Shown piece by piece: positions 26,555-40,104 of a stretch of DNA of 64,000 bases (position 1 is the stretch's first letter; each line of letters begins with the position of its first letter). The notes under the pieces are model-generated. The model made no database searches. It saw only the letters and a program-made list of their open reading frames with translations, and was not told the DNA's origin. Both the position numbers and the translations under genes were made by a program. This stretch comes from the human T2T-CHM13v2.0 reference genome, Homo sapiens: NCBI RefSeq assembly GCF_009914755.1, contig NC_060927.1. One strand, 5' to 3'.

Positions 26555-28157
26555 TAACATTTATTTTGAATAGCAGATTTTCATCCTTCCGTTCTTATTT
26601 GTCTTTCTGTGGTGATTAAGATGTCTAGTATTATAGCTACTTATTCAGTTTTATCTTTGTGTTTTCTTTTTATGTTGATATTTGTGTTTGCTTCACTTGC
26701 CCACATAATGTAATGTTGAATGGCACAAACATGTGACTTAGGCCCAAGAATCATTTCAACACTATAGTTCTAGTCCCAAGGAAATTATTGCTGGTTTTAT
26801 CAAGAAAAAAATTGTGAAGATTTCTTTTGTAAATTTAAGGTAGCACTCAGTTCACTCAGAGCCATTGCTATTTGCATTATGTTTTTGTTTTAGATTTTAT
26901 AATGGAAAACTTGAATATTCAGTCTACAGCCCACATCACAACATATTAATGAGAATTAGATAAGGAAATGTACGCTACAACACTTTGTAAATTTTAAAGC
27001 CACATGAGTTAATTATTATCTGTTTTAAGCAAATTATTCTGTTTCAATTTATACATAAAGGCTATTTTAACAGATTTTGTTCTGTAGAACAAAAATTCTG
27101 TTTCCAAGTAATAGAAAAGTGTATGAATTATCCTGTTTTGCATTTTAATACTATCATTAAAGCTTAATTGACAATTGTTAATGTTTTATTAAACAATGAA
27201 GTAGGCAATCATAAACTCAAGACTGTGGGTACTCATCGTCTCAAAATTAATAGCCCTTAGGATGGAAGGGCTGCATATTTCAACAATTTTTGCAACAATA
27301 CAATGGAAGTATGCTAGAACCATAAGGGACCTTAAGGTTGAGCATCCATCAACTAAATCAATTTTGCTTTGATTAGGCCAATCCAACCAGTGGTAATTTT
27401 CATCAAAATTTAAATTGCTGAAATGGACCCAAAGGAGTTTTGACCTTGATCTTAATACTATGGTTATTTAGATTCAGTATAACTCAGGTAGAACTTCCCA
27501 GAACCTAGTTAGAATACTGCTGTACTTGGAGTCAGTATACAGGCATGTCTTTGGGTATTAAACCTACCATGTAATGAACTTCTGGGCACTTTCTTAGCTA
27601 AAACTTTTTAGAAGGGGCCTGTGATAGACCAACTTAATGAAAATATCTGCTCCTTAGAGCTCTCATTGCAGCAAAATCATGGCTTGTTATTAGATTTACC
27701 TTTTTTGTATTGGACTTGAAGACAGATATGATTCCTATAAAATGCTTATGTTTTTGTGAACTGTTGCATGATCTCAGCCATATATTAGAGGTTTGTTTAT
27801 AGTGAGATAGAAAGCAGGCTTCAAATTTCTGTGTTCTCTTATGGTCATGTTTGTAGACTTTTGTAGAATGATTAAATAATGTCCTTTCCCACTTTTTAGA
27901 CTTGTGAAATTTTGGATGTCTTTTACTAGTGAAAGGAATTCTACAGTTTTCCATGACTTGTCTTGTTATTTAAATCCTCTGTTCTCATACACTATAATGC
28001 CTGTGATGACATAATGTAATGACTGTGATGACAATTTTGCATGCTACTTCATAGCTCAGAAAGTCTGCTAAATAGTATGTGTTCAGTGCCTCTTAGTTAT
28101 TATCACTAATTGGGAGTGGAAGGGAAGCAGTGGTCTAGAGAAATCAAACAGCAATTA

Positions 28158-28547
28158 GTTTTTATTTGTATTGTGGTAAAATATACATAATGCAAAATGT
28201 ATCACTGTAGCCATTTTTATGTGTTCAATTCACTGGCATTAAATACATTCATGATGTTGTGCCATCATAACCACTATTCATTTCTAAAGTTTTTCATCAT
28301 CCTCAATAGAAACTCTGTGCCCATTAAATAATAACTACCAATTCCCTTTTCCCCTCAGCCACTGCTAACCTGTATTTTACATTCTGCCTCTATGAGTTTG
28401 ACTATTCTAGATACCACACATAAGTGGAACCACACAATATTTGTTTTTTTGTGTGTGTGTCTGCTTGCACTTCGCATAATGTTTTCAAGGTTCACCCAAA
28501 TTGTAGCATGTATTAGAATTTCATTCCTTTTTAAGGCTGAATATTCT

Positions 28548-28583
<36 letters not shown>

Positions 28584-29150
28584 ACATTTTTATATATATA
28601 TAAATATATATAAATTATATATACACACACACACCACATTTTGTTTATTCATTCATTTGTTGAAGGACACTTGGGCTGTTTCCACCTTTTGACTGTTGTG
28701 AATAATGCTGCAATGAACATTGTCTTACAAGTATCTGTTTGAGTCTCTACTTTCAATTCTTTTGGGTATATATACAGAAGTGACATTATTGGATTACATG
28801 GCAGTTCTTTTTTTCTTATTGAAGCTGGCCTAGAGAGATAATTCTATGTTAACTTTTTGAGGAACCGACAAACTGTTTTCCACAGTGGCTGCACCATTTT
28901 ACATTCTCACTATCAATGCACAAAGGTTCCACTTTCTCCATATCCTCATCAACACTTGTTATTTTCTGGTGTGTGTGTATTTTTTTGTTTTTGATGGTAG
29001 CCATCTTAATGGATAAGTGGTATCTCATTGTGGTTATACTTTCCCTAATGACTAGTGATGTTGAGCATCTTTTCATGTGGCCATTGACCATTTGTATACC
29101 TTATTTGGAGAAATATCTATTCAAGTTCTTTGCCTTTTTTCTGAGATGGA
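28158..29150 (-). mobile_element. L1MB-type 3' fragment
   Basis: attgtggtaaaatatacataa, cattcctttttaaggctgaata, ttttccacagtggctgcaccattttacattc. Confidence 0.88.
28551..28634. repeat. (GT)15 / TA-rich / (AC)n compound microsatellite
   Basis: Read directly. Confidence 0.95.
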
Positions 29151-29989
29151 CAATTCGTTTTTAATAAATTACCTTGAATTTGGACTGTATGTTGGGATCC
29201 TTTTGTCTGTAGAATTATCTTGTTGACCAAATGACATAATACATATAGAAATAATGATGTTGAATTTGATGAATAATGATGTTAAATTTCTTACCTAAAA
29301 TTTGAAAAAAAAATTTGTTATTTGTTATTCAGTTCTGATAGAAAGCCTGGTTGTCAGATATGTTTCTGTTTTATTGATAATGGTTTAGAGACAATCAACT
29401 TAGATCAGACAGTATCACTGCTTAGTGCAATTGGTATGTCCACAAATAATTGCATATAATATTAATTTTTGTCACTAGAATTATGTCTAAAGAATTCTCT
29501 ATTTAGACATAAAATTACTTACTAATTTATTTGTTGTAGATCTGGAATTTTATACATTAATTTTGTTCTCAATGGAACATGTCTATGATAAAATTTCCTT
29601 CTCTGATTCAATAAGAATAACAATAAGTATGCAGAGGCTTTGGACATAGAATCTCTGTTCCAGGCACTAATGAGATCTTCAAAAAAAGTATAAGATTTGA
29701 TTTTAGGTCTCACAGAATTTAAGAATTTCAGTTTGTGTTAGATCCTATGATCAGAGACTGTGAAAGAACTTCAGAAGATAATGACAGTGATGAGATTGGG
29801 AGCCTGTGTCTTGAACCTACAGGACATCTGAATCCCCCTTGGGGGTCTTCTTGGTATCTGAGGAATGTGCCTCTTAGACATAATTGGTGAATATGGAAAG
29901 CTGGTCTGAGACTAATATAGATTGTGTTTAAATCTAGAGCAAGAGAACACTGTTTGCTCTGCTGGCAGGATACATCAACATCCTTGGCC

Positions 29990-30448
29990 CGCAGACTGCT
30001 TAAATGAAAATTTAAGCCAACATGTAAAATCTAGCATATTTCAGCATACATTTTTTTGTTTTTTTTTTTTTTTTGGTTTCTTTTGAAACATCAGAAGATC
30101 TGGACACACTAGGCCTTCATTTCTTCACCTTTTAGATCTGTGTTGTTCAACAAGGTAGCCACTAAGCCCATGTGGATATTTTATATTTACATTTAAGTGA
30201 ATGAACCTTAAATATAACTAAAAATTCAGCTACTTATTCACATTAGCAATAGTCACATGTGGCTATCGTATTGGACCGTGCAGATACAGAACATGACCAT
30301 TTCTGCAGAAAGTTTTCTTGCATGCACTGCCTTGGATGGTGCATGTACTTCTCATTTGCCTCAGTCATCACTAATCCCCAGTTTCTTACATCCATCCATT
30401 TTCTCATTTATATTACTTGCTGTCCTTGTTATTTGAATACCTGACCCC
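29990..30448. mobile_element. MER102-like hAT fragment interrupted by MER3 (~30135-30328)
   Basis: atcagaagatctggacacact; MER3 motifs gtagccactaagcccatgtgg and cacatgtggctatcgtattggac. Confidence 0.6.
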
Positions 30449-30584
30449 CAATCTAAAGGAACTGTGTAGGATGGTATAAGCAGATAGAGCCTGAATTACT
30501 GTGTCTGAAAAGGCAGCAGACGTTTCTTGTAATTTGTCAAAGCAAGGCCTTCTCAGTTGTTACAACTTTGGACGCCAGGGAGCT

Positions 30585-31077
30585 TGTATTAGTTTCCTAT
30601 TGTTATTGTAACAAATTACCGCAAACTTGTGGCTTAGCACAAATTCATTATCTTACAGTTCTGGAGGTCAGAAGTCTGAAAGGCATCTCACTAGGCAGAA
30701 ACCAGAGTGATGGCAGAGGAGAGTTCCTTCTGGAGGTCTAGGAGAGCATCCATATCCTTTCCTTTTCCAGCTTCTAAGGCTGCCCACATTCAGTGCTCCT
30801 GACCCTTTTCCATCTTGAAAGCCAGCAATGACAGGTCAAGATATTCTCACACTGCATCACTTTGACACTGACTCTTCTTCTATATTCTTCTTTCACTTGT
30901 AAGGACCCTTGGATTTACGTTAGACCCACCCTGATAATCCAGGGAAATCTCCCGATCTCAAGATCCTTAATTTAATCATATCTGCAAAGTCCCATTTGCC
31001 ATGTGAAATGACACAGTCCCAGATTCTAGGGGTTAGGACATGGGCATCTTTGGGGGCTCATTACTCTGCCTACCATA
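30585..31077 (-). mobile_element. MLT1C/D MaLR solo LTR
   Basis: tgtattagtttcctattg...ctgcctaccata; perfect TSD GAGCT at 30580-30584 and 31078-31082. Confidence 0.9.
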
Positions 31078-31289
31078 GAGCTCTTGGCCTTAATTGTTCT
31101 ATCCAGTCCCACATCTGCTGGATGACTTGAACAAGATTTAAATTGAATGAGAAGTATACCCTATACTACATGCCTAATGCTGTCTCATTAAAACTTTTTT
31201 TCACTGCTTTTGTCGGAACTAGATAAATGGCATGTCTATCATCAGCATTTTAGAAGGATAACTTATTTTACAGACAGTGCCTTACTTAG

Positions 31290-31846
<557 letters not shown>

Positions 31847-32311
31847 TTTATTAATACATTTTATTGTGAAAGTTCTCTACATTTATCTTGGGAAATTTCC
31901 ATTTACTGTATATTTGGCCTATGAATGACTTAGAAGGTTATGAGAGAGAGGAGTGAAAAAGGCTAAATCACTTGACTAATATAAAATGAGGCAAAAATAA
32001 CCCATTGATAATTGCTGATGTCTTCTTAAATTTCTGCATGCACTTTTCTGAATTTATCATGAATTTGACTCAAATGTGTGTCAACCTTTAATAGTATTAA
32101 TTCCTTCATATGACAGAAAATTTTTTAAAAACTGCTGTTACATTGTTATAAAGGGCAAACAGTTGCTTCTAGAAGTGAAATGTTGATCCAGATGGCAGAA
32201 GGCAGAAAGAGAAGAGGTTTGGGGGAACGGGTGAGAAGAGAGGTGAGCCAATGCAGCCAAACATTTTTGTAGAGTTTCAGGAGAGAGGGAAAATACATTT
32301 TGAGCAGTTGC

Positions 32312-32712
32312 CATGATGATTGGTTCTATGTGTCAATTTGACTAGCCTACAGTGCCCAGTTATTTAACAAAACATTAATCTACCTGTCTCTGTGAAGGTA
32401 TTTAGTAGATAAGTTTAACATCTACAACCAGTTGACTTTAAGTAAATATTACTCTTGATGATGTGGGTGGGCCTCATCCAATCAGTGGAAGGCCTTAGGA
32501 GCCTCCTCCAGCTGAAGTTTCCTGAAGAAGAAGAAATTCTGCCTTAAGACTGCAGCTTCTACTTCAAAACTGCCTGAGTTTCCAGACTGCTGGCTTGCCC
32601 TTGCCAGCCCCTACAATTGCGTGAGCTAATTCCTTAAATCTCTCTCTCCCTCTCTCACTACATTTTGTCTCTTCTATTGGTTCTGTGTTTCTGGAAAACC
32701 CTGGATAATACA
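32312..32712 (+). mobile_element. MLT2-type ERVL solo LTR
   Basis: tatgtgtcaatttgact, atgtgggtgggcctcatccaatcagtggaaggcc, ctattggttctgtgtttctggaaaaccc. Confidence 0.85.
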
Positions 32713-32859
32713 GCTACCAAGAGGTCTTTAGGGAGAAATGGGAATGGAGTGGTTTTGAGGAAGTTTTTTTTCTGGGATTTGTGAAGGTTTGGACTTCCAA
32801 AGTCAGACTTGAGTTTTTCTTTTTAATATGATGGCTTCCATGCTTTAAATTTCAAGGAG

Positions 32860-33808
32860 AAAGGTCTGGGGTCTTAGTCTCTAAATTTCTGCTCCAGAGA
32901 GCCTCAGCTTTCTTCTCAAAATGAAGTTGAGAACCAACATCATCTACTCCCACACTCAGGCTGGACGTTGAGAACTGAAACCACTCCTTAATGTCTATAC
33001 TAATGTCACTTTGATATTCCACTGTTTCTATCAAAAGACTATTTTTCTAGGAATCTCTTTCCAGGCAAATGGCTTGATTATTTATTATGGGAACTGTTCT
33101 CACGCTTCTAATAAAGACATTCCCGGAGAGTGGGTAATTTATAAAGGAAAGAGGTTTAATGGACACGCAGTTCCACATGGCTGGGAAGGCTTCACAATCA
33201 TGACAGAAGGCAAATGAGGAGCAAAGTCATGCCTTACCTGGCGGCAATCAAGAGGGCTTGTGTAGGGGAACTCCCTTTCATAAACCCATCAGATCTCATG
33301 AGATTTATTCACTATCATGAGAACAGCATGGGAAAGACCCGCCCCCATCATTCATTACCTCCCACTGGGTCCCTCTCATGACACATGGGAATTATGGCAG
33401 CTACAATGCAAGATGAGATTTGGGTGGGGACACAGCCAAACCATATCAGGAACTTTCCAAAAGTGCCATCAACTCTTCAGTGGAAAGCATCAGTAGATAG
33501 TTTGTACCTTAAGATTCTTTTAAATCCCTCATATTTCATAGTTCTCCTTTGCTGTTTTTACCAATCCTGGACTGTTTTATTGTGTTCCTTACCTAACCCT
33601 AATCAAGTTCCCACACTGAAAGACCTATTTGAAACCAAACTTCCAATTCTCAATAAATTCTGACCTTGCTTTGCTCTGACGAGACCCCTATCCTGACACT
33701 GTCAGAGCTCTATGGGGGGTGATTTTCTCCCTTACCATAGTGAGCAATGAGTTCAGTTTTACCTTATCAACAGGTGTGCTGGTTTTATTGCGGGAGCCAG
33801 TATTCCTC
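32860..33808 (+). mobile_element. MER90/MER110-like ERV1 LTR interrupted by THE1
   Basis: ctcccttaccatagtgagcaatgagttcagttttaccttatcaacagg terminal region. Confidence 0.5.
33095..33448 (-). mobile_element. THE1C-like solo LTR
   Basis: Ends gacacagccaaaccatatca; TSD GGAAC at 33090-33094 and 33449-33453. Confidence 0.92.
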
Positions 33809-34842
33809 AGATGGGATGAGATATTGAACCAGTTAATCCCAGACCTTTTGCCTGTAGCCATGATCACTTTCTCATTCATTCTGTGTTCCTACAGGCTCAT
33901 AAATTGTAGATTTCTGTCCTTTAATAAGTAGCCTTTGTCCTATACTCTAGCGCCTTTGTTACTACCCTCAGGGCAAAAAGGCTAGTGAGCATATATAGCT
34001 CACTCTGTTTAAGAGATGCATATGTTCTCTTCATTTATCTTGCTCTTTGATGGGTATACAAGCCCTGGAAAGGCTTCTTAGCCCCAGTACTAGGTAAGTA
34101 AATTGATTTAACTCAGGGGTAGGTAATAGGAAATTTGATTTCATCCTCAGGTGTAAGCAGTAACCTCTAATCCAGTTTTGCCAGCAATAGAGCTGACATT
34201 TTGACTCCTGCCTAACTCCTGTAGCTTTTTCTTAATTATTTTATAATATATAGAGGGAAGATATGTGCTTGATAGTATTGTTATTTGTTATAGCACAGAT
34301 CCAGCCTGTCAGTAATACTTGTTCCCCCGACTTAGCCCACCTTGCACCATCGAATCTGTGACATGAAGCTATAATTGTCAACACAGGTGCAGCTGTTAAG
34401 CTATTTACAGCTGGGATGGTCAGGAAAAATCTCATCGAAGAGGTGATTTAGTTAATGTTGAAGGAATTTATATTGGCAGGAGTGAGCTGATTGGCAGTTC
34501 AGGAGGGCTCCGATGGGAATGATGGTGAGTCACTCGGGGCCCTGGGCCATGAGCACAGGAATGTTCAGTTAAAGGAATAGTCAAGTCTGAGTGCTGTGAA
34601 AAGGTTTTTGTTTTGGCATAGTGGAAATTAAGGCAGGAAAAGTAGCTGGAGGCCAGATTTAGCTGGTGTTAGCATTTTAATAATGGAAGGCATGATTTTG
34701 AAGGATAACATATTGATTAATCAAATTGGAAATAATTCCTCAATCCTGCAAGTAGGAGGCAATTTAAAAGTAATTATTTCCAGAATCTTTGATCATTTCA
34801 TTTGTTTTTTTTGTCTTTAGTTAGTTGCCCATGGAAGGTAGG

Positions 34843-34847
34843 ATGCA

Positions 34848-34878
<31 letters not shown>
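34843..34878. repeat. Alternating purine-pyrimidine / (CA)n STR
   Basis: atgcacgcgc followed by (ac)n. Confidence 0.95.
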
Positions 34879-35408
34879 CCTCGGTAGACTATTAGAAGTG
34901 CTTGGAGCTTTTCATCTAATGCTCATTGGCTTTCACACCCAGTAAAGCTGACTTGTGGTTGTCTCCAACAGATATTTGAGAAGAGGTAAAAAAAAAAAAA
35001 AATACAGTAATTAGACTGTGAAACCAAATACCATTGTATCAAATTCAGTGTTTCATTGTGGTTCTGAGTCATGGTCACACCAACAAAATGAATCAAAAGG
35101 ATAGGATTATGATATACCATTAAAGGATTAACATTTCAACATTTCATAAAGTAGGCACAGAGTATTTTCTTAGTATGCCATCAACTTGCTTATTTTCTAC
35201 AAACCTTGCATAACAAGATATCTATTTTTTAAACTTTGAAATAAATTATTGATTTGCCAAATTTGCAGTTTGCTAGGGCAGGGCTGGGCAAATTTGCCTA
35301 AGGATGCCAAGTACCTTCTGATAGGAAAAAGACTGAGATTCTGGTTAAAAGATAATTCTCAGAGTTAAAATCGTGACTCTTACAGATATAAAAATGAACA
35401 CTCGTTAG

Positions 35409-35711
<303 letters not shown>

Positions 35712-36089
35712 CTAACACATGTTAAAGATTTTATTTTACTCATATATGACAGAACCTGTCAGATTTTATATCCAATTCAAAGGGAAAGTCAAAAAGCACA
35801 AATTTATATGGATTAAGGGAATTGAATGGCAAGTCAAGGTGAAACTGGTTTTTCTACAGAAGGGAGGGAAGCTAATAGAAAATCTACTGTAATAGAATTT
35901 GCATTTCTACTAACTTACAGAGTTATAAAATAGCGTAAAGCAATGAAAGGCTAGACTCTGATAAACTGAAAGGATATGCAATATATAGACAATGTTTGGT
36001 ACTGCACTGAAACACAAACTTTTTCCTATATACTTGGGAGTAAAAACAGGGCCAGTGGGAAAGATGGTTCTGGATCTAGGAGTCGGTAG

Positions 36090-36560
36090 GTTCTAGCCCA
36101 GCCTGCTGGGGCAGGCTTGTACCCTGTGAGATAGCTGTAATAGGGCTGGATATTTTCCATTTGCTTCTCCAGAGGCACTTGCTCTCCTCCTCTGCTCTGA
36201 GATGCTGACTTTTCTGTATTACATCACTGGGCATCCTTGCCTTCTTTTTTCCAGTTGGCTTCACCAATTGAACTCACCAGCAGGACATGGAAGGATGAAG
36301 TTGGGTACCCCTGTGCCTCTAGCTCCCTCTCTGTGGGCTTGGTGCAGGCTAGTTGTATTCTTCAACCAAAGATCACAGCTCTGGTCAATCAGTGTCCTGT
36401 CTCTGGTTTCCTGTATCCTCTTCCTTCCCCTAGACCTTCAGGCCTGGGGTGGTAACCACTCTCCACTGTCATTAGCTCTGGAGCATTGGGCTACTCCTTG
36501 GATTTCCCTGCATCATGCCCATACCTTTGACAATAGTCCCTTTAAAAACATTTATTTGTT
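36090..36560 (+). mobile_element. LTR33-like ERVL LTR
   Basis: ccttcaggcctggggtggtaac, ctttgacaatagtcccttt. Confidence 0.6.
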
Positions 36561-36721
36561 TTAAGATAACTATCTGTTGGGACTTTGACAAATATGGTCA
36601 GTAAATTTAGAGATATGAAACGGGAAGCAGTGGAAGCCCAAGCCAGTTTTGGCAAGGAGTATGTATGGCTCAGTGCAGCACTGACTAGGGTAGGGTGGGC
36701 GGGTGCTGGGGAAAGAACCAT

Positions 36722-37108
36722 TGTATTAGTCTGTTCTCACACTGCTATTAAATATAAAGAACAACCCAAGACTGGGTAATCTGTAAAGAAAAGGGGTTTA
36801 ATTGACTCACAGTTTCGCAGTCTTAACAGGAAGCATGACTGGGAGACCTCAGGAAACTTACACTCATGGCAGAAGGCGAAGGGAAAGCAAACACTTTCTT
36901 CACGTGGTAAGAGAGAGAGTGAGCTAAGGGCAAGTGCTACACACTTTTAAACCATCAGATCTAGTGAGAACTCACTCACTATCATGAGAACAGCATGGGG
37001 AAAATCCATCCTCATGATTCAATCATTTCCCACCAGGTCCCTCCACCAACATTGGGAATTACAATTCAACGTGATATTTGGGTAGGGACACAGAGCCAAA
37101 CCATATCA
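36722..37108 (-). mobile_element. THE1D/MSTA MaLR solo LTR
   Basis: tgtattagtctgttctcacactgct...agagccaaaccatatca; perfect TSD ACCAT. Confidence 0.92.
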
Positions 37109-37733
37109 ACCATCTTCTCTCATATCTAGATTACTGAGACCTGGCAGAGACCTCAGCTAGTGACAATGGCAGTGATTAGAATACAAGGTGGAGGCTTTCT
37201 CTGGGTGTCCTAGATGTCATGTTTCACAGTTTGGCAGATTTGCAGCTGTTAAAGCAACTTACTTCTGATAGCAGATGTCCTATCTTCCAGTCTTAAGATG
37301 GCACACCTGAGTTCCAACGCCTCCAAAAACAGGTTGTAGAACACCTAATTAACGTGCTAGTTATGAGTAAACATCTATTATTTAACATAAAGGGTGTTAG
37401 AAATACTTTGTGAATTGGTCAAATGGATGTCTTTAAAGATGTAAGTTTGGCTAAAATGATTGCACAGGTACCTTGCATGAATAGGTTAAATCTGGTGAGC
37501 CTAGTCACTTAATTTCAGAATGGTTCCCTAGACACAACATTTAGCTCATCATCAATTCCTGTCCTCCCTCACATTGAATATGGAGGATTCAATTTTCTAT
37601 CTTTAGAAGATTAGCTGATCCTACTGTCATAATATTATTGCATATACTTCAGAATAAAATGTTCATTCAAGATACTTGTTGGAATTTAAATAAGGACAAA
37701 AGGGGGACTTCACTGAGCTTATAGTGACAACTA

Positions 37734-37915
37734 TGTATTAGGAAAACTAGATCATGTTTGCTAACAAATAACCCCTAGAATCTCAGTAGTTAAAACAACA
37801 CAGTCTTATTTTTTACTCATGCTAAATGCATGAGTAAACTCTGCATTACCATCTGCAGAGAGAGTCCACTCTGCATTACCATCACTCTAAACCCCTGTCC
37901 TAATGAGCAACCACT
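37734..37915 (-). mobile_element. MLT1-type LTR fragment
   Basis: tgtattagg...aacaaataacccc...atctcagtagttaaaacaac. Confidence 0.55.
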
Positions 37916-38444
37916 AGTTAGAACATTGGAAGATAGAAAAGAGGAAACACCCTCTGGAGGGTCTCATTTTGGCAAATACAAGGCTACTTTGTGACCAGAA
38001 GACAAAGGGTTGAGAGTATTTGGGTAACAGCACTATGACTATCACAAGGTGCTTGACTTTTGTTGTTACTACTTGTAACAAATGTTTATATGCATAGCAG
38101 ACTGTAACCTGAGACTTACTTTCATTATAGCCTACCACCCAGCAGAGAGGCTGTGGGAGAAAAAAACAAAAAGTCCCCACCCATCTTTAATAAGTAGAAA
38201 CTATTGGTATTTACCAACAAAGTGTTGAACAATTGTTGAATGGACAAATTGTTAGGTCAGTTTACATCCAGTGAAATACTAAAAGAAGAGAAGAATTCTA
38301 AGCAAGGAAGAAGGGCGATGGCTACTGTATTTCAGCTCATGTCATCTGCAGCTTAAATGCTTGTCAGTGATGGTGGGGCACTGAAGCACAAAGATAAAAC
38401 TCTGAAGGCAATCTAGTAGATTCCTAAGACTATTTTAAGCCTAT

Positions 38445-38562
38445 CTTCCTTCTCTCCCTCCCTTGCTCCCTCGCTCCCCTGCTCCCCACTGCCTGCCTGC
38501 CTGCCTTCCTTCCTGCCTTCTTTTCTTCCTTCTTCCCTGCTTCCCTCCCTCCCTTCCTTCCT
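38445..38562. repeat. Polypyrimidine simple repeat (CCCT/CCTG/CCTT)
   Basis: Read directly. Confidence 0.9.
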
Positions 38563-39859
38563 TAGCAAGCTGTTTATGCTTAGTAAATATTTCAACATCT
38601 TGATTATTCTATAGGATCCCATGGCACCAAAGACAAACAGTGAAATTCCAACATTCTCTCACTTGGCTATACAAGCAGGTGGGATCTTTTAAACAATCCC
38701 CTTGACTGTTAAGGATTCTGAAGGCCTATTTGGAAGTTTCTGTCTTTAGTCCCAAAAGTAATGGAATATTCAGAGAAACATCTAAATGAGAGTTAATTTC
38801 CAGCAAACAATATCCTGGCATTTACTGCCAATTCACTCTAGCCTAGAGCTAACCATCTGACTTGGAGATGAAACTTTTTTGTGTAATACAATATACAAAA
38901 AGCGATCATAGTGTTTTTTCTTGTAGCCATTTAAGTGGTATAGGAAATAGGACTGTTACTTACTTTATAGTAATCATCACATTCTGCCCAGCTTTATCCA
39001 TAATTTAATAGGCATAAGATTCATCTACTCAAATTATTAAATAATTTAGCAAATTTGTAATTTAGATAAATCACCTTACATTCCCCTATGTAAACAACTA
39101 GTTAAAATACACCACATCTAGAAAGAGCTTTTCTCAGAAATATTTTTACTCTATAATGAGTCTTCTGAATATAAAATAAGCGTATTTAAACTTAAAAACA
39201 GCTGGCCTTACCTCCATCATGACTAAATATAAGGACTTGTTGAATTACAGCAATTAGTAATTAGTAAAAAGAAATAGAGATCTATGTGTTACTTTGGTGT
39301 GAATTTAAAAAAAAGTTGCTTGAGAAGTGGAGATGGCGTAATCTCTATGCATTGAATGTAAACAATAACCCTTTTTTCTTCCTGAATCTCAGAAGCAAAA
39401 GTTTAAAAACTTTAGTCATTAGACTTATCTAAAATGTTACTGATACACATGCAATATTTTCTGTTGTATTTTCACAAAGAAAAAATTTCCTAAACATACC
39501 ATTAAAGCAGGTTATATACTTATATTTATGATTAAGTTGATTCCACTAAGAATCCATTCAATTTTCTTTCTTTTCTGTCCTTGTCATAAGTGGAAATCCT
39601 TGAGATATGAGAATGCTAATGGGGAGGCCATGGGTAGGGAAGGAGAGCGTGATTATGGGTTGAAAAGAGTTGGTCAACCTTGAAGTCCTGTTAGCCTTTT
39701 CGATTAGCACACTATCCAGTCAAGCTTCCCACAGCTAGGGAATCTTGTAAATTTGACCAAGTTTGTTTTTAGCTTCCTTTCTGACACTTTATTTGCTCTT
39801 CCAAGGAGCTTAATACTCCTGATTTTTTTATGCTCTGTCATTTGTCCCTCTTTTGGAGT

Positions 39860-39945
39860 TTTTTATTTTTTAAGATGACACACAATAATTGTCCAAATTT
39901 ATAAGGTACCTAGTGATGTTTTCATACATATAATGTACAGTAATC
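39860..39945 (-). mobile_element. L1MA 3'-terminal fragment
   Basis: gacacacaataattgtccaaatttataaggtacctagtgatgttttcatacatataatg. Confidence 0.7.
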
Positions 39946-40104
39946 AGGCATCTGCCACCATGCCCAGCTAATTTTTGTATTTGTAGTAGAGACGGGGTTT
40001 CACCATGTTTGCCAGGCTAGTCTCGAACTCCTGACCTCAAGTGCCCCGCCCACCTCGGCCTTCCAAAGTGCTGGGATTACAGGCGTGAGCCACTGTGCCT
40101 GGCC
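39945..40104 (-). mobile_element. AluS, left arm plus start of right arm only
   Basis: Most of the right arm and the A-tail are absent. Confidence 0.9.

Noticed and set aside
34526-34532. Isolated AP-1 (TGAGTCA) matches here and elsewhere
   Set aside because: Seven-base matches at about background frequency, with no supporting context
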